Of a DNA stretch of 24,095 nt, positions 9,300 through 17,957 are shown piece by piece. Below the pieces are notes generated by a model that was not told the DNA's origin, ran no database searches, and worked only from the letters and a program-made list of their open reading frames with translations. This DNA is from a virus (lineage: Duplodnaviria; Caudoviricetes), in IMG/VR virus record IMGVR_UViG_3300005611_001279, positions 1 through 24,095 of that record; one strand, given 5' to 3'. The position numbers and the translations under genes were made by a program. The stretch's first letter is position 1; each line of letters starts with the position of its first letter.

Positions 9300-9620
9300 T
9301 CAGTCTTCGTCAGAGGGGATTTCGGTATCAGGCTCGTCTTCAATGACTGCCTTGGTTTTGCGGCGAGGCTTCTTGGCCGTGACGGGCTTGAGCAGCTGCT
9401 CAACATCGTTCTTGTACCAAGCCTGCATAGTGCCGTCAGGCCAGACCACAATGGCCTGGTCTAGTCCAAGAACCCAAGTCTTGCCGACAGGATTGTCATA
9501 GACCCATTGGCCCATGTGCTTGCGGATGGGACCTTCGGGCTCCTCGGAAATGATCCGGCCCATACGGTCACGCTGGACCTTGACGGCCCAGACATCCACA
9601 GTCGCTTCGTACTTAGCCAT
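9300..9620 (-). CDS. Hypothetical protein
   Basis: 106 aa; TGATG overlap with the scaffold stop; basic then acidic tail. Confidence 0.65.
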   Translation of the reverse strand: MAKYEATVDVWAVKVQRDRMGRIISEEPEGPIRKHMGQWVYDNPVGKTWVLGLDQAIVVWPDGTMQAWYKNDVEQLLKPVTAKKPRRKTKAVIEDEPDTEIPSDED

Positions 9621-10360
9621 CAGAAGTTACTCTTCTCCAGGCGAGCCATCACTGACTCGCGGTACTTGGGGGAGGTCTTGTAGCGCGGATCACTCTGCGC
9701 TTGGATCAGCTGACCAAGGGTCTCAAAGGGCTCAAGGCCATCCGAAGGGCCAGAGGCAGCGCCCATGCCCTGCTTGAGCTTTGACCCAGTGCCAGCAACA
9801 GCGTCCCGCCTAGCCTTGAGGCCCATGACGGCGAACTTAGCCTGGTCAATCGAGTTGCCCGTGACCATCTGGTTGAAGCTCGCCACTTCCTGCTCAGAAA
9901 GGTTCTGGGCGGCCCACTGGACAAGATCAGTGTAAGCCTGCTGGCCGCCAACGGCAGAGACGACGCTCTGGACGCGACCATTCACAAGCGCCTTCTGGCC
10001 CTCGATGTAGGACTCCACAAAGCGTCGGGGCAGCCCGCGCTTCTCAAGAGAGGCGAACGACTCCTCGCTCAGTCCGCCCTTTTCGCTGAACTCCTTGCTG
10101 AACTCCTCAACCCAGTCAGCAGCCTGCTTGGCGCTGACATCAATCTTGAGGTCCATATCCCCACTGACGGGGACATCCTCAGAAGGCTCAGGCGCAGACT
10201 CAGCGGGAGAAGCCTCTTCAGGCTCAGGCTGCGGTTCAGCAGCTTGCCCGGAAGACAGCTTCTTCTCCAACTCAGCGTAGGCTTCCGCCATCTGCTTGGT
10301 GTCTTTGAACTTTTCGGGAAGCCACTGCGGGCGTTCCTCTTCCCCTTGTTGCTCACTCAT
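9620..10360 (-). CDS. Capsid assembly scaffolding protein (T7 gp9-like)
   Basis: RPQWLPEKF..MAEAYAELEKKL, VGG..Y..LVQWA..NLS..E...FN and DPRY..SPKYR..V..RL..SNF motifs; follows the portal. Confidence 0.93.
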   Translation of the reverse strand: MSEQQGEEERPQWLPEKFKDTKQMAEAYAELEKKLSSGQAAEPQPEPEEASPAESAPEPSEDVPVSGDMDLKIDVSAKQAADWVEEFSKEFSEKGGLSEESFASLEKRGLPRRFVESYIEGQKALVNGRVQSVVSAVGGQQAYTDLVQWAAQNLSEQEVASFNQMVTGNSIDQAKFAVMGLKARRDAVAGTGSKLKQGMGAASGPSDGLEPFETLGQLIQAQSDPRYKTSPKYRESVMARLEKSNF

Positions 10361-11909
10361 TTGGTGTGTTGGTGTTACGGTTCATCATCGCCTTAGCGCC
10401 TTCTTGGACGACGCCAGGGATACTCTTCTGAGCAAGCTGCTGCTGGGCAGCCTGCATCATCTCCTGCTGGATCTGCTCCTGACTCTTGACCAGCCCCTCA
10501 GGCTGGAGGCCGTCAGCGTGAGCAAGGCGTTCCATGAACTCGCGGGCATCGCCGTACTGCGCGAGTGCCTGGGGACCAGCAACGGTAGCCACAGTCTGAG
10601 CCCACTGGAGTAGGCGGTTGCGGTCGTGGCCGCGGCCCAGGGCCTCCACACCACCGACCACTTGGATGCTGACCACATCCTCAGGCAGCTGGGGCAGGCG
10701 CTTCTGGTCACGCATCCGCTTCATCACCCGCTCAATGAACGGCACCTGGAACTCCCTCGAGATCACCGTGTAGGCACCCGACAGGAGGTCTTGGAGCTCC
10801 TGGGCCATGTAGCGGATCTCCTCAGCAGTCACACGCTCACCACTCCGCTGAACAGCAGTGTTGAGCATGAAGGCAAACCCGAGACGGTCACGGATGCCTT
10901 GGATGGCGCTGTAAGTCACGCTCAGGTCAGCCTGCTTGCCAACCTGGAGGGCCACCGCGTCACCCTCTTGGCCCTCGATGAACGCCCCGTTGGGGGCTTG
11001 GGCCAGATCCTTGACGCTGACCATAGCGTTAGGGCGCACCATCCAGAGCAGGCGGGCACTGGCGGCGCTGGCCTCGACCACTGCCTTCTGAAGCCAGTCC
11101 AGAGAGCGGAGATCGCCCAAGAACTCCTCCACATAGGAGCGTCCGTAGGACTCACCGCTGATCCTGTTCCAGCGGACGGCAATCCAGGGCAGACCTTCTT
11201 CCTTGTAGGTCCCGCGGGAGCCGTCGATCTCAACGCCAGCAACCTCTTGGTAGACCTCGAAGGTCTCCTGGTCAATGCGCTGGACATTGGTGTAGAGGTC
11301 GAACTCCGTGTCAGGCTGGATGTCCCCAGCGACCTCTTGGGAGACTGCCTCCTGCTCAGAGTCAGAGAGGGCCGCGTAGGCGATTGCCTCCCGCGTCACA
11401 AGGCGCAGGAGCTTGCCCTGAGGGTCACGCAGGCACACGAAGTCCCGCAGGGTGTAGACCCGTCCATCCTCAAGATCATCAGGCAGGTAGACCACGGCGT
11501 TGCCGCTGATAATCAGCTGGCGGAACGCTTCGTGGGCAATCGAACGGAGTCCCGTAGTCTCAAGCTCAGACTGCACCGCCTTCTCTTGGCGGCGGAGGGC
11601 ACGCTGGATCTCGGAGGCCGCTGCGCCGATGCCCGTAACCTGCTCCAGCTGGTACTCATCAGGGACCAGACGGATAGGCGAAACGCCCGGAGGGAAGAAG
11701 GAGAGCAGGAGCTTGGAGGCCAAGTTGTTGACCCCGCGGCTACCAATCGACTGGTAGGGCTCCCTGAGGGTAGAGGTCGCAGTGTGCCCTTCGGGGACGA
11801 AGAGGGCGGGCAGGGTGTACCTGGCGCAGTCTTCAGCCCTACGCTCGAAGGGGTCCCGCTTGCCCAGCATCCGCTGGAAGCAGCCCTCGAGGCTCTCCTC
11901 CATGTGCAT
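10353..11909 (-). CDS. Portal / head-to-tail connector (T7 gp8-like)
   Basis: PYQSIGSRGVNNLASKLLL..FPP, GESYGRSYVEE.LGDL.SL, RSGERVTAEEIR and EALGRG.D motifs. Confidence 0.97.
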   Translation of the reverse strand: MHMEESLEGCFQRMLGKRDPFERRAEDCARYTLPALFVPEGHTATSTLREPYQSIGSRGVNNLASKLLLSFFPPGVSPIRLVPDEYQLEQVTGIGAAASEIQRALRRQEKAVQSELETTGLRSIAHEAFRQLIISGNAVVYLPDDLEDGRVYTLRDFVCLRDPQGKLLRLVTREAIAYAALSDSEQEAVSQEVAGDIQPDTEFDLYTNVQRIDQETFEVYQEVAGVEIDGSRGTYKEEGLPWIAVRWNRISGESYGRSYVEEFLGDLRSLDWLQKAVVEASAASARLLWMVRPNAMVSVKDLAQAPNGAFIEGQEGDAVALQVGKQADLSVTYSAIQGIRDRLGFAFMLNTAVQRSGERVTAEEIRYMAQELQDLLSGAYTVISREFQVPFIERVMKRMRDQKRLPQLPEDVVSIQVVGGVEALGRGHDRNRLLQWAQTVATVAGPQALAQYGDAREFMERLAHADGLQPEGLVKSQEQIQQEMMQAAQQQLAQKSIPGVVQEGAKAMMNRNTNTPNE

Positions 11910-12082
11910 CAGAATCCACCAATGTTCTGGTTGATCGGGATACGAAGCGAACCCATGCCCAGCGAGGCAAATGTGTTCTGCTGCTGCCGTGCTTCCTGGT
12001 TCTCTCGGCTGGTCGCCGCCGTCTCAGCAGGCGGGCCGGGAACCGGGGGAGGCTCAGGCATCTCCATATCAGGCATACACAT
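11909..12082 (-). CDS. Small proline-rich virion protein (T7 gp6.7/gp7.3-like), not in the ORF track
   Basis: Hand translation MCMPDMEMPEPPPVPGPPAETAATSRENQEARQQQNTFASLGMGSLRIPINQNIGGF (57 aa); GGAG SD; TGATG overlap with the portal start. Confidence 0.75.
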   Translation of the reverse strand: MCMPDMEMPEPPPVPGPPAETAATSRENQEARQQQNTFASLGMGSLRIPINQNIGGF

Positions 12083-12085
12083 GGT

Positions 12086-12262
12086 CTACATCTCCTGCTC
12101 TTTCAGGCGTTTCTTGAGGTAACGGATGACTTCCTGCTGGCCCACCAAACGGCTGACATCAGCAACAGTGATCCCGGCAGCAGAGTCAGGAAGACGATCA
12201 GGAAACAGCTTCTCAAGGGCTGCAACCAGCTTGTCATCAACATACGGGAACTTGCTGCTCAT
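12086..12262 (-). CDS. Conserved small T7-like phage protein (gp6.5-like position)
   Basis: MSSKFPYVDDKLVAALEKLFPDRLP...VGQQEVIRYL; lies directly after the exonuclease. Confidence 0.7.
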   Translation of the reverse strand: MSSKFPYVDDKLVAALEKLFPDRLPDSAAGITVADVSRLVGQQEVIRYLKKRLKEQEM

Positions 12263-12992
12263 CTTTCTTGCCCCAGAGGGCGATGGCCTTGGTCTTGAAG
12301 TTGTATTCCCCACGGCGGAGGATTCGAGCAAGACGCAGTGACATCAGGGCGTCGTTATGAGAGCACCCCTTGTCCTTATACGCGGCTAGAACTTTCTCCC
12401 AAAGCTCGTCTTCGGTCTTAGCGTCACCAAGCAGCTTCTCGGCAGTCTTGGGGCCAACACCTTTGAGGCCGCTGTAGCCGTCCGTGGCGTCTCCTGTGAG
12501 GGCCTGCATGAACAGCATCCGGTCGGCATCCTCCACGCTCACCGTGACGACCTCAAGGGTCTCAAGGTCCAGATGCTTGCCCGGAACCGTCTTCAGGTCC
12601 TTGTCGCCACTGGCGATCACACTGGTCTTGGTCTGACTCAGACCCAGAAGGTCATCAGCCTCAAGACCTGGCTCGTAGAGGGAGTCGTGGAGGCCCAGGG
12701 ACCAGTCAACCAGTGGGCGGAACAGCAAGGGCTTGGGAGTGCCTCTGCGGTTGGCTTTGTATTCCGGGTACATCTCATGCCGGAAGGTCGGGTTGCAAGT
12801 GTAGGCAACCTTGAACTTCTTGCACTTGGCAGCCTTCATCCACTCGGTCACTTGGTTCTCGAACAGGAGCTTGGCTTCCTTGAGGTCGCCAGTGAAGCTC
12901 CAGATGTCCTCAGACCATTCAATCGGCATCTGGACGGCAGCCGCGATGCGGTATGCCAGGATGTCCCCGTCAATCAGTAGCGTGCGTGTCAT
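12237..12992 (-). CDS. 5'-3' exonuclease (T7 gp6-like)
   Basis: LLIDGDILAY, YKANR, LEADDLLG, SGDKDL and GDATDGYSGLKGVGPKTA motifs; start set at MTRTLL. Confidence 0.95.
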   Translation of the reverse strand: MTRTLLIDGDILAYRIAAAVQMPIEWSEDIWSFTGDLKEAKLLFENQVTEWMKAAKCKKFKVAYTCNPTFRHEMYPEYKANRRGTPKPLLFRPLVDWSLGLHDSLYEPGLEADDLLGLSQTKTSVIASGDKDLKTVPGKHLDLETLEVVTVSVEDADRMLFMQALTGDATDGYSGLKGVGPKTAEKLLGDAKTEDELWEKVLAAYKDKGCSHNDALMSLRLARILRRGEYNFKTKAIALWGKKDEQQVPVC

Positions 12993-13374
12993 GTTGTGTT
13001 TTCTTGGCTTGAGAGCAGAGCCTCTTGAGTAGACCGCGCTTCTCCCCGCGAGGCACGGAATCCATCCACTCAAGCATGATCTCGACTTGGCGGCGCTTCT
13101 CTCGTAGATGCGGCAACAACTGGAGGAGCAGGGGCCGTGCAGGAAGGCCACTCACCCGCCACTTCCATTGTGGCTTCCATGTGGCGCATCTCTTGTAAGG
13201 GCCGCAGAGAATCCCCCCGAACTCTCTGTGGATGTCAGTCAGAACTTCAAGGTAGGTGTGGGATATCTCCAGGTACACACGGTCCTCGAAGACCTGAATG
13301 CACCCCTCACCGTCAATGAATCCAGCTAGGTACTCCAAGCTAGGGTCAGTGTGTTTCGCTCCAGTTTCGTCCAA
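12970..13374 (-). CDS. Free-standing LAGLIDADG homing endonuclease (start uncertain: TTG 13410, 13374 or 13338)
   Basis: Single YLAGFIDGEG motif followed by LEIS..., FGG, W.WRVS and LLPHLREKRRQ. Confidence 0.85.
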   Translation of the reverse strand: MDETGAKHTDPSLEYLAGFIDGEGCIQVFEDRVYLEISHTYLEVLTDIHREFGGILCGPYKRCATWKPQWKWRVSGLPARPLLLQLLPHLREKRRQVEIMLEWMDSVPRGEKRGLLKRLCSQAKKTQHDTHATD

Positions 13375-15088
13375 TCCTGTATTCAGCGTCCAGCGGGACA
13401 GACAGTCCAAGACGGCGGCCCGCCCTGGCCGCTGCCTCTACACAGAGCTGCCCAATCGACTCTGCGTGCTCCTTCGGAACCTCAAGTTGGACTTCATCGT
13501 GGACCATCGCTACCAGCTTCGCGCCACAGGCGTCCAACTCCCCATCGAGGAGAATCACCCACTCCTTTGCCAGGATCGCTCCCGCAGACTGGAGTAGGCT
13601 GTTCAGTGCAGCGTGCTCAGGCGTGAAGGTCGGCCTCCCGTCCAGACTCTTCAGCCATCCACGCTTCTTCGCCACCCGCTTGGCGTTGGCGATTAGGCGG
13701 TCCAAGGCTGGCAGGTTCTTGAGGAACCGCTTGCGAGCCGCAGCACCCTCCTTCTGGCCGCCGCCCAAGATGTCGCCAAGAAGGGCATCACCGCCTCCGT
13801 AGAGGCAGGCATAGGTCAGACGCTTGCCCAGCGACCTATCATCTATGCCCCACGCCTTCATGTTGTAGGTGTGGATATCACCGTCGAGCAGGGTCTCGGT
13901 GTATTTCTTGTCGGCCATGTAGTGCGCCAAGCACCGAAGCTCGAGGCCGCTGAGGTCGCACCCCACCAGCACCCTGCCTCCAGGCACGGTGAACAGGGAC
14001 CGCATCCTTTCGGACTTGTCCACTTGCCCAAGGTTGGGGCGACGGTGGGTGCATCTGTGGGTGCGCGTCCCCGAGTGGTTGACCTGGGCGTAGATCCGGC
14101 CATCCCTCGACAGCTTCATCCAAGACTGTTCGCCCTCTGCCAACATGCCAAGCATCTTCTGGAGGCGCATACGGCCAGCAAACAGCTTCGCCTCAGGGTA
14201 TGGCATTTTGGTCAGAACCGCCTCATCGAGAAGGGGCTTGCCCGCAGGCGTAAACAGGACGGGATCCCATCCGTACTTTGCCTTGAATCCTTCTGCGATC
14301 TGTTGGCGGCTCTGTGGATTGAACGGCTGCACCTTCCACCAGTTGCCCTCTTCGTCCTGCTCATGCAGGTCAGGGTCGATGGTCTTAGGCTTGCGCTTGT
14401 ATTGCTTGACACGGGTGGGAGCGAACGCTGTAGACACCTGGCTGTTCAACGCCTCCCTCTTGTCCGATAGCTCGCTGTAAAGCTCAACAGCTGCAACATC
14501 ATCGAACTCGAACCCGTTGGCATTCATCCGGGCGATGGCCTTGGAAAACTCTAGCTCCCTCTGGTAGATGGGCAGAGTGAGGTTGTATTCGCCCTTCAGG
14601 CTTTGCCACAGGCGCTCCAGGACCGTGACATCCTGGAGGCAGTAATCGAGCATCTGCTGGTCGAAGGCTGACCAGTCCGTCTCGATCTCTTGTTTGGACT
14701 CACCAAGGCGCAGACCCCAGGCTTTCAGGCTGTGGCGGCCCACCAACTCCTTGGGGAAGCCGTCAATCCTGTAGTCGATGTGGCTGGGGTCAGGGACCAC
14801 GGCACGGGCCGCCAAGAGCGAGTCCATGACCTGATCGTGGCAGGCAGCAAACTCTGGATAGAGCTTGGTGATCGCGGGGCTATCGAACCCGAGGCCGTTA
14901 TGAGCAACAAGGCCCTGGCCGCTGTGGTCGATCAGCCACTTCACCCCATCCGCCACAGAACCGCTGCACGGTTCCAGATCAGGGCGATCATGGAACGCAA
15001 GGAGCAGACCTTCTTTCTTGGCAGCGATGACATGGATCTTGGTCATCTGATCCAAGAGCCCGTCCGTCTCAATGTCGAAGTAGATCAT
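13346..15088 (-). CDS. DNA polymerase, family A (T7 gp5-like)
   Basis: Exonuclease motifs FDIETDGL, HNGLGFD and YCLQDV; polymerase motifs DLSGLELR, KRLTYACLYG (Tyr at the PolI-762-equivalent site) and VHDE; intact C-terminus IGRNWSETH. Confidence 0.97.
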   Translation of the reverse strand: MIYFDIETDGLLDQMTKIHVIAAKKEGLLLAFHDRPDLEPCSGSVADGVKWLIDHSGQGLVAHNGLGFDSPAITKLYPEFAACHDQVMDSLLAARAVVPDPSHIDYRIDGFPKELVGRHSLKAWGLRLGESKQEIETDWSAFDQQMLDYCLQDVTVLERLWQSLKGEYNLTLPIYQRELEFSKAIARMNANGFEFDDVAAVELYSELSDKREALNSQVSTAFAPTRVKQYKRKPKTIDPDLHEQDEEGNWWKVQPFNPQSRQQIAEGFKAKYGWDPVLFTPAGKPLLDEAVLTKMPYPEAKLFAGRMRLQKMLGMLAEGEQSWMKLSRDGRIYAQVNHSGTRTHRCTHRRPNLGQVDKSERMRSLFTVPGGRVLVGCDLSGLELRCLAHYMADKKYTETLLDGDIHTYNMKAWGIDDRSLGKRLTYACLYGGGDALLGDILGGGQKEGAAARKRFLKNLPALDRLIANAKRVAKKRGWLKSLDGRPTFTPEHAALNSLLQSAGAILAKEWVILLDGELDACGAKLVAMVHDEVQLEVPKEHAESIGQLCVEAAARAGRRLGLSVPLDAEYRIGRNWSETH

Positions 15089-15107
15089 GTGTGTGTGTAA
15101 GTGTGCG

Positions 15108-15332
15108 TCAGTCTTCCTTCTCTTCCTGTTCCGGCTCGTCAAAGCCAGCCAGCTTCATCACGCCCCGCACAATCCCGGTCTCAGGCGGCAAGCCAGCTTT
15201 CTGCAAGGTGATGCCGATCTCGCTCAGGGTGTACGCATAGGCGCGGTTGATAGCCTCCGCTTTTGCAGCACGCTTCTCAGCAAGCAACAGATCGCGCTGG
15301 GCCTCAACCAGTTTCGATTTCCAAACCAGCAT
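15108..15332 (-). CDS. Hypothetical protein (coiled-coil N-terminus)
   Basis: 74 aa; TGATG overlap with the upstream ORF; fills the gap before DNA polymerase. Confidence 0.6.
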   Translation of the reverse strand: MLVWKSKLVEAQRDLLLAEKRAAKAEAINRAYAYTLSEIGITLQKAGLPPETGIVRGVMKLAGFDEPEQEEKED

Positions 15333-15562
15333 CAGTCTTCTTCCTCGTCTTCCTCTTCAGCGTCAAAGTCCCCCAGGGCCTCGAGGATCGTCTCGCGGAC
15401 GGTCTCCTCAATCCCCGCCATGTGGTAGTTCAGCAGAACCGTAAGCAGACACCCGACAACCTGTTGTTCAGTCAGTGACGGGTATTCGTAGATGTGGTGA
15501 TTTACGCACTTGAGCAGGCCGTCAGTTAGGTGCGCCTCTACGCGCTCATTCCTGCGGGCCAT
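15332..15562 (-). CDS. Hypothetical protein with acidic tail (alternative TTG start 15586)
   Basis: MARRNERVEAHL...DFDAEEEDEEED; GGAGG lies 6 nt before TTG 15586. Confidence 0.6.
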   Translation of the reverse strand: MARRNERVEAHLTDGLLKCVNHHIYEYPSLTEQQVVGCLLTVLLNYHMAGIEETVRETILEALGDFDAEEEDEEED

Positions 15563-15578
15563 GCGGCTATCGAAGTCA

Positions 15579-17288
15579 TCACTCAAAGGGAACCTCCACA
15601 CTTTCGCTCTCGAACGGTGACTCAGTGCTGCCTTGCAGGCGGCCAGTCTCAGGGTCATAGACCAGATAGCAGGCGACCCCGGTGTCACCTGTATGCCTGT
15701 TCTTGAGGACCCTCACTGTCGTCGTGTTCCGGGCCTCATCATCATCAGCCTGCTGGTTGCGCTCCAAGCCAATCACAGCATCACTGAGTTGACCGATAGC
15801 AGCTGAACCGCGCAGCTGGGCAAGACTGGTCTGTGCCCCCTCCTCATGCCCCTTGCCTTCGGGGCGCTTGAGATGGCTGACCACAAGCATCCCGACATCT
15901 AGCTCATGGCAGAGCAGCCTGAGCTCAGTCATCACCTTGTCGAGCACTTGGCGCTCTCCGAAGTTGCCTGACACCTCATCTTGGCTAGACACCACAATCG
16001 AGATGTGGTCGAGGATGATCCACTTGCAGTCCATGCCAGCGGCCATGTAGCGGATCTGGCCCATGAGAGTCTGGCTTGCAAGACTGCCCCAGTGGTCTAG
16101 GTAGACGGCACGGGCGAACAGCCTGTCAAAGGTCTCCTTCAGCTGGTCCTGAGGGATCAGCGTCGGGCTCTGGGCGAGCGGCTTCCCATGCTCGATACCA
16201 AGCACTCCAAGCACGCTCCTCTTCACTGGTTCTTCCAGACCCAGATACCCGACGCCTTGCCCTTTGCTCATCAACCAATGAGCGATCTCTCTCACTACTG
16301 CGCTCTTGCCGATGCCTGTGCCCGCGGTGATTGTGACAAGCTCCCCGGTTCGCAGTCCCAGCAGCTTGTCGTTTAGACCTTCCCACGGATACTCGATTGC
16401 AACGCAAGACTCCTCTCTAGTTACCTCCTGCCACAGGTTGTCGCCATGCAGCAGGCCATCGGGCCTCCAGGTGCTTGCGTCCCAAAGAGCCCGCACAAGC
16501 TGCTGACCCTCTCCAGCCAGCAGCATCTCGTTAGCGTCCTTGCGGGTCAGCGTGGCGACCTTGAGCTTCCCTGGGCGGAACAAGGCAGCACAAGCCTCCA
16601 CGGCCATGCGCCCTGCATCATCCTGGTCGAAGCACAGGACCACCTCCTCGAAGGAGGACAGCCACGGCAGGGAAGCCGCTACAGACTTCTTGGCGCTCTG
16701 TGCGCCATTTGGAAGAGAGACAACGGGCCACTTGAGACCAAGCACCTGAGCGCAGGTCAGAGCGTCAATCTCACCTTCAGTGATGATGACCCTCTTCCCC
16801 CCCTCGCGCCATAGGTGTTGGCCCCAAAGGCCCATTGTCTTGGCATCCCCAGCGATGGTGAATGCTTTTCCTTTCTTGCGGACCTTCTGAGCGACGACTC
16901 GCCCACGCTGGTCGCAGTAGTTTGCGATCTGGCATCCAGGTGCCACTCCGTACCCGAACTTGCGGCAAGTCTCCTCAGATATCTTGCGGCTGCCCAAGGC
17001 ACGGTACTCGATTGACAGTAGGTCCCCCATAGGTGTGTGTGTGCTGGTCTGTTCGCCACCGTAGCGCCGCTGGCATCGAAAGCAATACTCGTACTGGCTT
17101 CCGTCCACGCGCTCGTAGACGGCTCTGGCGTCAGAGCTACCGCATTGGTCGCAAGAGGTGTGGCCCTTGAACTCAGCGTCCTCTTGCGCCCTTTCTGCGG
17201 TTAGTGCCCCGACTGACGACTCTCTGGTTAGAGCGTGAGTTGCTGCCGCCCTTACTGAGCGGGACGATGTGGTCAACCTCCTTGCCAT
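15579..17288 (-). CDS. DNA primase-helicase (T7 gp4-like)
   Basis: Zn ribbon CDQCGSSD..YCFRC, TOPRIM ITEGEIDAL and FDQDDAG, Walker A AGTGIGKS, IILDHI, LRGSAAIGQLSD and KNR.TG.TG. Confidence 0.97.
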   Translation of the reverse strand: MARRLTTSSRSVRAAATHALTRESSVGALTAERAQEDAEFKGHTSCDQCGSSDARAVYERVDGSQYEYCFRCQRRYGGEQTSTHTPMGDLLSIEYRALGSRKISEETCRKFGYGVAPGCQIANYCDQRGRVVAQKVRKKGKAFTIAGDAKTMGLWGQHLWREGGKRVIITEGEIDALTCAQVLGLKWPVVSLPNGAQSAKKSVAASLPWLSSFEEVVLCFDQDDAGRMAVEACAALFRPGKLKVATLTRKDANEMLLAGEGQQLVRALWDASTWRPDGLLHGDNLWQEVTREESCVAIEYPWEGLNDKLLGLRTGELVTITAGTGIGKSAVVREIAHWLMSKGQGVGYLGLEEPVKRSVLGVLGIEHGKPLAQSPTLIPQDQLKETFDRLFARAVYLDHWGSLASQTLMGQIRYMAAGMDCKWIILDHISIVVSSQDEVSGNFGERQVLDKVMTELRLLCHELDVGMLVVSHLKRPEGKGHEEGAQTSLAQLRGSAAIGQLSDAVIGLERNQQADDDEARNTTTVRVLKNRHTGDTGVACYLVYDPETGRLQGSTESPFESESVEVPFE

Positions 17289-17433
17289 CACCTTTGCTGA
17301 CCCGCCCCTCTCGCTCCGCTTGTCGGCGTGCCTTGTTCCTGGCCGCCCTCTGCTTCTTGGCCTTCGTGCTCGACTGGTCCCTGCGGTACTCCTTCTTGTA
17401 GTCGCGCTTGCGGCCCCGTGAGTCCTTCTTCAT
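17173..17433 (-). CDS. Small basic HNH endonuclease
   Basis: RDYKKEY...RAARNKARR...KGDGKEVDHIVPLSKGGSN..SNQRVVS...NR; GGAGG lies 6 nt before ATG 17433. Confidence 0.85.
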   Translation of the reverse strand: MKKDSRGRKRDYKKEYRRDQSSTKAKKQRAARNKARRQAEREGRVSKGDGKEVDHIVPLSKGGSNSRSNQRVVSRGTNRRKGARGR

Positions 17434-17650
17434 CTGCATCCTCCAGGTAGTACCGTGCATAGCGCCGATCCCTGATGTCGGTGCTCAACACAGTCTGTAT
17501 CGCGTGCCCCTCCTGGCGGAGCTCAAGGACACGCGCCGCTAGGCGGAAGGTGCCGTAGAGAAGCAGCGCCTCGCCAGCGGTCAAGCTGCGCGACCGGAGG
17601 TGCTCAAGTATCTGTTCCTTCTGTTTGAGTGGCGTTTTGGATGTAGGCAT
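17288..17650 (-). CDS. Helix-turn-helix DNA-binding protein with low-complexity tail
   Basis: Q...ILEHL....LT..EAL..YG.FRLAARV.ELR..GH.I.T...YARY.L is a phage winged-HTH pattern. Confidence 0.8.
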   Translation of the reverse strand: MPTSKTPLKQKEQILEHLRSRSLTAGEALLLYGTFRLAARVLELRQEGHAIQTVLSTDIRDRRYARYYLEDADEEGLTGPQARLQEGVPQGPVEHEGQEAEGGQEQGTPTSGARGAGQQR

Positions 17651-17957
17651 CAACGAAGTCCCCCGAGTGTTTGATGTCGAACATGACATACCAGGAAGGG
17701 TTGCCGTCCTCACGCATGAGGACCACGGGCAACTCGCCCTTACAGTCACGCACGGCCTGCTTGTAGAAGTTCAGTGCAGCGATGCGCTTGTAACGCTTCA
17801 CCTCAACATGGAACCCCGGCAGGGCGTCAAGAAGGTCAGCGGACCAGGCCCCGCAACTCTGCGCCGCCCGGATGCAATCAGGACTGTGCCAGTGCTTCCG
17901 CACCGAGTCTCGAGCATCCCGCTCACCCCTTGCTCCCTTTTGCCTGCTGTTGACCAT
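17604..17957 (-). CDS. Holliday junction resolvase-like PD-(D/E)xK nuclease (Hjc type)
   Basis: MVNSRQKGARGER..., ADL, HVEVKR, QA..D and PVV..R motifs; GGAG SD. Confidence 0.8.
   Translation of the reverse strand: MVNSRQKGARGERDARDSVRKHWHSPDCIRAAQSCGAWSADLLDALPGFHVEVKRYKRIAALNFYKQAVRDCKGELPVVLMREDGNPSWYVMFDIKHSGDFVDAYIQNATQTEGTDT

Noticed and set aside
10626-12122. 498-aa plus-strand ORF
   Set aside because: Antisense shadow of the portal gene, expected from GC-rich codon bias; no recognisable motifs.
12970-13410. Group I intron or intein interrupting DNA polymerase
   Set aside because: The polymerase ends with a complete C-terminus, the exonuclease begins with an intact N-terminal motif, and there is no non-coding space for a ribozyme.
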